From: Histomonas meleagridis 2922-C6/04-290x
Taxonomy: Eukaryota; Protista; Parabasalia
NCBI GenBank assembly: GCA_020184695.1
Contig: JAANOX010000095.1
Location: 186,001-250,000 of the forward strand
Direction of reading: 5' to 3'
DNA length: 64,000 nucleotides
Under the pieces are notes generated by a model. It was not told the origin of the DNA. It ran no database searches and was given only the letters and a program-made list of their open reading frames with translations. Below, in pieces: positions 54,605 through 64,000 of the stretch. The translations under genes and the position numbers were made by a program. Every line of letters starts with the position of its first letter. The stretch's first letter is position 1.

Positions 54605-54820
54605 TTATTTATAAAGTTTGAGTATTTTATGCATTAAAATTTCGTTTCGATGAAGGAAAATTGCTGTTTCATGTGCATCTTCAATTGCATATTTACCTGT
54701 TGTCGAAAAAATAGGTACAAAAAATGCTGAATAATCAATTGGTAAAGCAGGATTATTCTCAATGAAAAAGTAATACTGAAAATGTGGAACAGTTTTCATC
54801 ATTCTATTTAAAAAAATCAA
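54605..54820 (-). pseudogene. Second, internally deleted DUF3447-type relic
   Basis: PIDYSAFF...TGKYAI...EDAHETAIFLHRNEI corresponds to collapsed IDYAAFF/TGKYAVAGG/DAYETAIQFHQN motifs of the 47637 gene. Confidence 0.6.
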
Positions 54821-55108
54821 AGACCAATCCAGAGAAGTAAAGAGTAAAAATAAACATAATTATGTTTGTTTTTTATTGATAATAAAAAAATTATTATAAC
54901 GCGAAAATTTTATATTTCTAAAGAATTTCTACTCCTATTACATAAATATCATTTAACACACAGTGAAATATTATTCAATTTATCTAACAATATTTTTCTT
55001 GATTATTCAATTGATCAGAAATAAATTTATTATTTCTTTTTAAAAAAATAACTATAAAATCAATTTTTATTTAATATTTTTTCTATTTTTAAATAAATAA
55101 TAAATGTT

Positions 55109-58100
55109 TTATTTGTTTTCCATAGTTTGGCAAAACTGAATCGCATACAACAATTTTTCGTAACATATCTGATCATCAGAGTACGGCGGCAAATGCAATC
55201 TATTAAAACACGTTGCCGCAGTTGGCAGAGTTTCGTCTGGATTACTCACCGCCAATTTATCTATCTGCATAGTGAAGTCCTGATTTATTGTTGTGTTTGG
55301 TAATCTCGTCAAAGTGGTTATGAACTTCAACAACAATTTCCTTTGTTCAGGCGTTAATCTTTCGACAGCTTTCCAAAATCGAACAATGTATGGATCATTA
55401 ATTCCATCATAATCCGAAACGATTGTAATCGATTTCAAGTGTTCGATTGTTATAATGCTACTTCCTTGTGCCATTCTTGACAACAAGTTACCATTTAACA
55501 AAGGATGTGACTTAAATCCAATGTTTGTTCTGAAAGCATTTCGAATCAACTTCAAAGTTGGCTTTAAAGTTTGTATTCGATATTGTATTGATTCTTGAAT
55601 ATATTGTTCGACTTCATTCATCCTAACAAAACTATTATATGAATGACCTGGTAATACAGTGATTTGCCCATCCCAATTCTCGATTTTCCATGGATATATA
55701 TTCTCTTCGAATCGATTATTATTAATATCTTCTCTTAAATGTTTAAACATTTCATTCATTGCATCATCTAAACATAATATATCATTATCATTAATTTTCT
55801 CTTTTGCTAAATATTTCCAAACAATTGGCGCAAATGGTAAATCTTGGACTAAACCAGTTCGTATAACTATACCTAAATATATACCAATTGTTATATATTC
55901 ATCTGTATGTTGATTTAATTTATCATAAGGAATATATGTGTCTTGATAATTACCTTGTGATTTACGGCCATTTGGTACTTTATAACATAATTGTGACGTA
56001 GGTTCAAATATCGAATCTGCTACTTCAGTCATTAATTCTCGTGCTGGTCCACCAACATCTATAGCATGTTCATTCATGAATGTAACTGACCATGGTCTTT
56101 TACGGCATTGTAATTGATTACTATTAATTGTCTTAAATTCTTTTGTAAGTTGTGCAATTATTGATTTATTCGAATTACCATTTCCATCTAATATTAATTT
56201 ACGTGCTGAATATCGATCAATAGTTAAATATGGAAAAGTTTTATCTTTACCACATATTATACTTTTAGAGATAATATCAGCGGATTCTTCACATGATATA
56301 AATGAAGTCATCGAATCCCATAAAAATTGTGGAACTGTTTTATAATGATTTGTTCGTATGAAATTAAAGTGATGTAATAATAACGCACGTAATAAAACAA
56401 CTGTTAATGAAAACTTTTGCGTTAAATTTGAACCTTTAGCAATAGTTTCAGTGGATGAAAACATTGGTTCTGTTAATGCATATCGAGGTAATAACATTAA
56501 TAATTCTTCAGTATCACTAGATTTCCATTTAATTGCAAATTCTTTCATATCAGAGACAAATGAATCATGAATTTTGGTGATGTCGATTTCTGTTGGTATA
56601 ATTTTTTGTTTTTGTTGATCATTAATGAACTTAATTCGTACCGTATTCCATCCTCCATTAATATCTAATAATGAGACAAATAAATCTTTTCGTTTTAATG
56701 TATATATGTTATTGATTTGATTCCCTGTTATAAATTCGGTGTCTTCGAAATTAGGTGTATATGATAACATTAACATATTTTGTTGATTCCAATTTTGACC
56801 TTTTGAATTCTCGAATTTAATTTTTATTAGTTTCGATGTAGGATTAATAATATGCATTATATCATTATTCCGTTCTATATAAGGATTAACTTCATTATTA
56901 ATTTCATTATTATTATCATTATTGTTATTATATATACCATTAAGTTGTACCCAATAAGGTAATAATGACCAAAATGGAAATCCAATTAATGTATCATAAC
57001 TACGTGTGAAATATTGCATAGAACGTATACGGACTGCATAATTATCTGTAATCGATATTGGATCTAATGAAACTTGTCGAATTTTATATAAATTAGTTTT
57101 AGGCTTTGGTAAGTTTTCTTTATCTGATACAAACTCTGGGAAATAACAACATAAATCTATATAACGTTGTGAATCTAAATGAGAAATTTCCCTACGTAAA
57201 AAGAATAAAGTTCTTTTAGATTTAATTCGATTAACTTTAATTAAACTTCCTAAGATATATAATTTAGATTTATATTCTAATGAAGTATCAAATGGTGATG
57301 GAGGTATTCTATTTTCAATTAATGTTGTATATTCATCTAAATATAAATAAACAAAAGGACTTTGAGCTATTAACATATTTGTAAATACCATTTTTAATAT
57401 AGTTTTGTTTTGTGATGTATCGACTAAATATAATAAATTCTTTAATAATATTAATACTTCAAAAGCAGTATCAAAACAAAATGAATTATCAATTGATGAT
57501 ATCGAAAATATTGAAATCCCATTATTATTTGTTATGTTTGGTGAGAATTTCATTAATATTTGTTTATCTTTAATTATATAAGGAAATGAATGATATAAAT
57601 TATCAACAATAATTGCATCATTTAATATAGGCTCAAAAGAATTTAATGTAATTATTGCATATTTTTGTCGAGGTGAACAATATTGTGATAAAGATTTCGG
57701 TGGGAAAAATGTATGGCTTTTATGTGGGTAATTAATTAAATGCATTTCTTTACTTTCACTAATATTTAATAACTGTAAACAAAGCTTGTCAATGTTACCT
57801 GGTACTTTAATAAGAGATTTTAATGCTTCTTTAGCTTCTGTTTCTAATGATAAGAATAATATTGTTGGATCTTCCCATGAAGTTTTATTTAATGAAAATG
57901 GAAAACGATTATCAATAAATAAACTCTTCGAAAATTGTTCCATTGATATTGATAATAATGAGAATAATTTTATTGGATTTGTTATCATTTCTGGTTTCGA
58001 TTTTGTAATACGTATTAAACAAATAGTTTTCCATTGATATGAAGTAGTTAAAAATAATCCTTTTATATGTTCATCTATTAATTTCTTAGATGAATGTGTC

Positions 58101-61100
58101 GAAAATCCTAAATGTATTGATATAGAATTAGGAGGCTTTATAAAGATATTTGTGATTTTGTTTTCGATATTAATGTTTTCTAATATGTTATTAAATGTAG
58201 GAAAATATTCAATGTCTTTGGGAATTTTATTTGTCGATATTTTATATTCTTTTGGTAATTCACATAACTTTTCTTTGTTCTCGGAATTCATCGCTCCATG
58301 TAAACATATTTCTGGACATGAATCAAAATCGAAATATTCTTCATTGACTTCTATTTTAATTTCTGCGTTTTTAGGTATTGCAATAATTATACGAAAGTTA
58401 TTACAATTATTTGGAAATGTTATTTCATTATTTTCATTCATTCCAAATACATTTTTATTAGTATCAATATAAAATGTGAATTTTTCTAAATTAGGTTCAA
58501 TACTAATTTTCTTATTATATGGATAAATTTCACCATTTAATGTATTAATTAAAGAAAATCGAGTAAAATATCGTTCATTAGTATTAGTTATTATACCGAA
58601 ATATGAAATATTTTTATTATTATTTACAAAAGAATAACTAATATTAAATTTAATGTTGTTTTTAATTCGTGGTGATAAAAATGATATAAAATCTAAATCT
58701 TTATAATATATTTGATTAAATATTCCGTTTTGTGGTATGTTTGGAATTCTTAATAATGTATTTAAACGTGAAAAGAAATTAGTTAATGTATGAAATGGTA
58801 AATAATTTTTTGCTAATTTTTTGACATATTTAAATTTCATTTTATCAATAAATTGTTGGAACTTTAAAAAATGTGCTAATAATTGTAAATATAAAACAGC
58901 TTTAATAGTATATAATTCTTTCATAATTCTCTTGAAAAATGATAATATAAAATCGAATTCTTGAAATATTTTTATATCCAAATAAAGACTTGAAACTGCA
59001 TATATTATATTTTCCGAATCATTTTCTATAATAATTGAAGGCAATGATAAATTTAAAGGTTTCGAATAACATAAAAATTGATTTGGCTTTTGTGTAGGTA
59101 CTGCTATATATTCTGTTGATGAATTCTTTGAAGATTGATATTTAATTAAACAATAAGGACGTACTTCTTCTAAATATCCTCCTAAAATAGCAAACAAACC
59201 ACATTGTAATACATCTTCACTATTTTTTGTGATCTTTAATAAAACTGATAATAATGTTTTATATGAATTAGATTTCTCAATTAATATTCGTCGTAATAAC
59301 AATATCATTTCATTAGCTGATGATATATCTTTACAATTATTATATGATTCACCTATTGTTTGAACAATATGTAAAAATTCGGTTTTAATTGTTTTAGTTT
59401 TAATTTTCGTTGAATTTATTACATAAAACATTACACGACATAATAATCGTTTAATGTTTGGATTAGTTTTCCAAAATATTGGCTGGAATTCTTTATAAAA
59501 CTTTTTATTCGCTGGTATTAATGAAAATGAAATCGATTGTAATAAATAATCCATTGCGGATAAAATTGGATTTTTTAATACTTTTGGGATTTTAGTTATA
59601 TATTGTATTAATGATAATGATAAAGCAAATAATGTTAAGTCATGTGTTTCAATATTTTTCTCTAAAACTTTGTTTAAAAATGTTTCTTTTAAGTTTTGTA
59701 GTTGATTTGTATCTCTAAAAAATCGATAAGCGACTAAACTAAGTTTCGATTTAGGATTATTTAATATAATTTTTAATATTCATGAACCAAAAAGTTTCGA
59801 TATAATTTCTTCATTATTTATATTAGTAATTTGCATTACTGTTGATAAACCTTCAAAATTTTTGAATTTTGGATAAAGTATAAGCAAAAATTTCTATGAA
59901 AATCGAAGATGATTCATATGCTAAAACATTATCAATAAGTTCAAACCCAATTAATGTTAATCGACTTCGAGATTTTTGTTGATTAATTAATGAAATGATT
60001 TCTTCAATTGATTCTTTAGAACAAGCAAAATCGCCCATTTGTTTCGGAGTTAATGTAATATCTTTATTTAATCGAAGTAATAAATGACATTTCTTATATA
60101 TTAATGATTCTTTACCTGATTGTTTTTGTGATCGATATATATTTCTAACTCGAATCATTTGTTCTAATACTGATTTAAGTTTTACTGAAAATGTTTCATT
60201 TCGTTCGATTAATTCATTAAATAAATCTTGATGCTTACAAAACGCTGCTAAACAAACTCTATCTAATAATTTAATATCATTTGATAAGTTTTTGTTCATT
60301 GAAGGCTTATAATTCTTATATATATGAGACATAACATATATATCACCTTTTTCGCCTAAGAAATTATTCAAAATTTCACTAAAACAATTAATATCTGTAT
60401 TAAATAAATCTTTTTGATTATTATTATCAAGATTTAATGATATTAAATGAGAAAATTCTTTTTCAAAAATTAGATAATTTTTGTTCCTTGTAATAAAGTT
60501 GCAGCAAATTTACCATAAACAAATAAAAATAATCGAACAATTGATGATAAATCAGAATCGTCTGTAATTTCTAATGATTTATTAGATATAAAACCATAAA
60601 TTTTAGATAACAAATCAGAGAATATATCAGTCAATATACGTGCAATTATATGATATGAAGATAATGATGTTAATAAACACATAAAATTATCAATTAATAA
60701 TAAGATAAAATGATTTTTCGATTTCATCTGCAGTTTTAGCTAAGAGTATACTAAAGTTAAATTTATATGAAAGGATTTTACAATACATAGTTAAACAACC
60801 CTAAAGGATTATTAATATCATTAAGTGATTTATCATCGAAATTTACTTCATCTAAATTATTATCACGTAAATATATAGATACCGTTGATATTAATACTCT
60901 TTGATGAATTAATAATATTGATTTGTTTTCATTTGGTATTAATGATGAAGAAATTGTGTTTTGTGGTAACATTTCTGATATTTTTATTTGGTAAATCAAA
61001 TTGTATATAAGCTAAGTTTTGACATGATTCAAGTTTACTATATATAAATGAAAGGATTTTTTGACTTTTTGTTTTATGTAATAATGTTATTAATATTTCA

Positions 61101-62752
61101 ATTGATTCATTTTTACATTCATATAACATAATATGTAAGTTATTAAAATATAAAAATGTTGCATAAGAATGTGGTAAATTTGGAATTATTTTTAAACATA
61201 AGTCTCTAATATTTTGATTAGATTTAAAACGACGTAAATTAGAATTAATTAAAAATATTATTATATTATATAATGATTCATTCTTTGTTAATAATAATTT
61301 CGGTATAAAATCGAGAAATTCTATAAATAATTCTAAGTTTTCTGTTAAATAATATTTGGGAATAACATTTGAGCCAGTATAATGTATAATAATTTTATTC
61401 ATATTACAAACAAATTTTTGGAATTCTTTCGAACTCTTTTTAAATGATTCATTAAAATCAAATAAACGATTATCATAACTACCCGCGAAATAATATCGTT
61501 GGATTTCTAATCGATTACTTTCTTGCATCGTAATAATCCAATGACATCTATTAATCGCATCTAAGTTCATTGTTAAACATATTTTTGGACTTTCAAAGAA
61601 GTCATCTGTAATATGTTTACCAGTGATTAATGAAAAAACTCGAAATAAATAATGAACATTATCAAGTCGATATATAAATGAGATAAAATTCCCATTGATT
61701 TCAATAGGTATTAATGAATAATCAGCTTTAGGAAATAACTTTGGTAATGATGGATTTAATTTACTATCGCCTATTTTCAAATTGATTTTTCGAATGACTT
61801 CTCCATTCTTTAATACATGAACATTAAAATAGCGATCAATCACTACATCAGTAATACCATTAGTTACATAACATATATAACTTGAAAACGGTACTTGATA
61901 TTGTGTATATGGATAACAATTATCATTTAATAAATCATGTATCTTAAAATCATATGCTACACCATATGAAAATAAAGTGATTTTCTTCGGCGAAGCTATT
62001 ATCGACGTCCGAATATCAACTTTTATGCCTAATTTACGTCGAAGTGGCGTTAATAATGTCCCCATATTTAAGATTGGAAAGATTTGTAAGATGCTGTTGG
62101 TACATAAAACAAATAGAAATTGTCCACTACTCGCTATCCCATGAATTGTAACAACTCCGGAAAATTGTTCATTATGATTAATTGAATTCATGGTGGCAAA
62201 ATTAGAAATGGGTGGAGTAAAACATGATGATGGCGAACATATGTTATAATGATCTCGAATTGCTAAAAACGTTTTATCTTTTGAAAAATTATAATGTGAA
62301 TTTTGTTTATAATTTTTTAATATACTAAAAATGTTTTCAAAGGTTGGAAATATTTTGGATGGTGGAGGTGGCAATTCAGAAAATGGCGCAAATAAATGAG
62401 ATGAATTTCGAATAATTACTGAAAACATATGATTTCGAATAGAAGATGATTTTTCACAAAGCTGAAATAAATCATCTAGCTTCATAATATATTGATTATC
62501 GGATTCTTGTTCATATGTAATGATCATTTCTATTGCTTTTGGAATTTCGTTAAATTGTTCATAACACCCTAATAATAGATTACATATATGATGCGATGTG
62601 TGAAGTTTAGGTTGAGGAGCTGGATTTGTTGTATGATAAAATCTGATTATAATTTTCTCTTGAAGAAAAATTGGATTTGCAAAATCTGTGTGATTTATAA
62701 GGAGATCTTTCTTTGAACTTTTGGTGCTTTCTTTCGATGCTCCTTGGCCCAT
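55109..62752 (-). CDS. Very large HECT E3 ubiquitin ligase (N-terminal MG myristoylation-like start), frameshifted between about 59550 and 61000
   Basis: C-terminal HECT: AIDVGGPARE, YITIGIYLG, FWKAVERL...LLKFITT, LPTAATCFNRLHLPPY (catalytic Cys). ORFs at 62752, 60999, 60727, 60371 and 59554 are collinear and link by single-base shifts. Confidence 0.8.
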
Positions 62753-62844
62753 TTTTAAAAATCGACCGATGAATGGTGATTATAAACGGTCGCTTCAAGA
62801 TTTTTCAGTAACGATACGATCAAAAAGATCTAAAAAACGAATTC

Positions 62845-63546
62845 ATGATCTGGAGAGCTCAAGATAACTCATCAACCACAGAAGAAAATAAAAAGACAAT
62901 TCCACGTGAATTTAAAATTTCAAATCCTATGCCAGCTATAACACCTAATACACTTCCACCATCAGACGAATTTCCTATTCAAGAGTATCAAGCATTTAAA
63001 GATCTCATAGTTGACTTTCTACCAACATATACTGTGGATCTAAACATGGTTGATTTCCCAATTCTTGATCAAGTAAAAGCCTTTTTTGAAAATTCAGAAT
63101 CTACAATGCCAATAGGTGAATTTATAATGGAAAGTATTTTATTACAACTACAACACAATTTTGTTAAAGCAATGCCAACTTCTTCTCTTACGAGACTTTC
63201 AGTTCTTCATCATCAATTATATCAAATTCTTCAAATTCTTGAAGCAAACAAACTTAACACGGATTTAATAGATTTTTGCGATATGATGCTTGAAGAAGTT
63301 GCTGATACTTATCATTCCAATGTTTGTGATGTTATCGAACAAAGATTTTGGTCCAAAACTAAATCGCCTGAAGAACTAATCAAATGTTTCCTTAAGAAAG
63401 AAGTCGAAAGACTTCGTCTTCTGAATGATAAAACTTATCAAATTTTGGTTAGTCACATGTTACGTAAAGCAGTTGATAGTGCTCCTCACGCTGGCGCAGA
63501 AGTTATCATTCGATGGATGAAGAAGAATGGATTACAAATTGATTGA
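62845..63546 (+). CDS. Hypothetical protein (233 aa)
   Basis: Clean ORF with coding-like composition, divergent from the HECT gene; no recognised family. Confidence 0.7.
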   Translation: MIWRAQDNSSTTEENKKTIPREFKISNPMPAITPNTLPPSDEFPIQEYQAFKDLIVDFLPTYTVDLNMVDFPILDQVKAFFENSESTMPIGEFIMESILLQLQHNFVKAMPTSSLTRLSVLHHQLYQILQILEANKLNTDLIDFCDMMLEEVADTYHSNVCDVIEQRFWSKTKSPEELIKCFLKKEVERLRLLNDKTYQILVSHMLRKAVDSAPHAGAEVIIRWMKKNGLQID

Positions 63547-63764
63547 AAATATTTTCGTTGTGTAAAAATTAATTTTTCGATTTATATAAATTTAAATTTA
63601 TATTAGTATCTATTCCTGGTACTGAAATAACCGATAAGTTTTTTAGGGGGTTCAATTAAATTATGCTATTACTTATTAATAAAAATTTTCCCACTGTTAT
63701 TTTTTTATGTTTGATCCACATCGTATAGGGACCCTATTAGTGAATCATATTATTCACGCAATAA

Positions 63765-64000
63765 GGGCAACGTAAGTTGGTACCACCTATTAATCCTCCT
63801 CTTACTAAATATGATTTAGATCGTGCTTATGAAGTTCTTAAGAACAATGGCAGGATTCCTGATTATTCTATTCAAGATACCATTGTTAATTATCCTGGTG
63901 GTACTAGTACTAAAAGAGTTGCCTATGAAATTGGATCTACTATTAAGGTTAATATACCAATATTTTCTATTTCCATTTCAGATGTTCCAGGTTTTATTCC
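63765..64000 (+). other. Open frame without ATG running off the window
   Basis: After TAA at 63762-63764: GQRKLVPPINPPLTKYDLDRAYEVLKNNGRIPDYSIQDTIVNYPGGTSTKRVAYEIG...; coding-like but unassigned. Confidence 0.3.

Overview
AT-rich eukaryotic DNA with intronless, compact genes, most consistent with a parabasalid (Tritrichomonas/Trichomonas-like). Supporting signs: BspA-type LRR surface proteins, DUF3447-type/ankyrin genes, Inr/M5-like promoter motifs and bacterial-type genes (adenine deaminase, two cupins). About 20 ordinary genes are present, including RasGEF, RABL6-like GTPase, MBOAT, ARM and exportin-like proteins, EF-hand protein, SUT/SLC45 transporter, RhoGEF-Kelch, TPR-like protein and HECT E3. 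The main observation concerns three ankyrin-repeat genes (7411-10742 +, 16548-17649 +, about 44671-47637 -) that look broken in the ORF track. In each affected repeat the codons of the beta-hairpin motif D-x-x-G-x-T are separated by U/A-rich spacers of exactly 17 nt with no GT-AG ends, usually leaving single-codon micro-exons 20 nt apart. Removing the spacers by hand gives canonical hairpins (DKDGYTAL, NKDGKTPL, DNNGRTAL, DSDGNTPM) and, for the 7411 gene, an uninterrupted 883-aa reading frame. The removal mechanism, and whether removal occurs at all, cannot be determined from DNA alone. I could not search the literature to confirm novelty.
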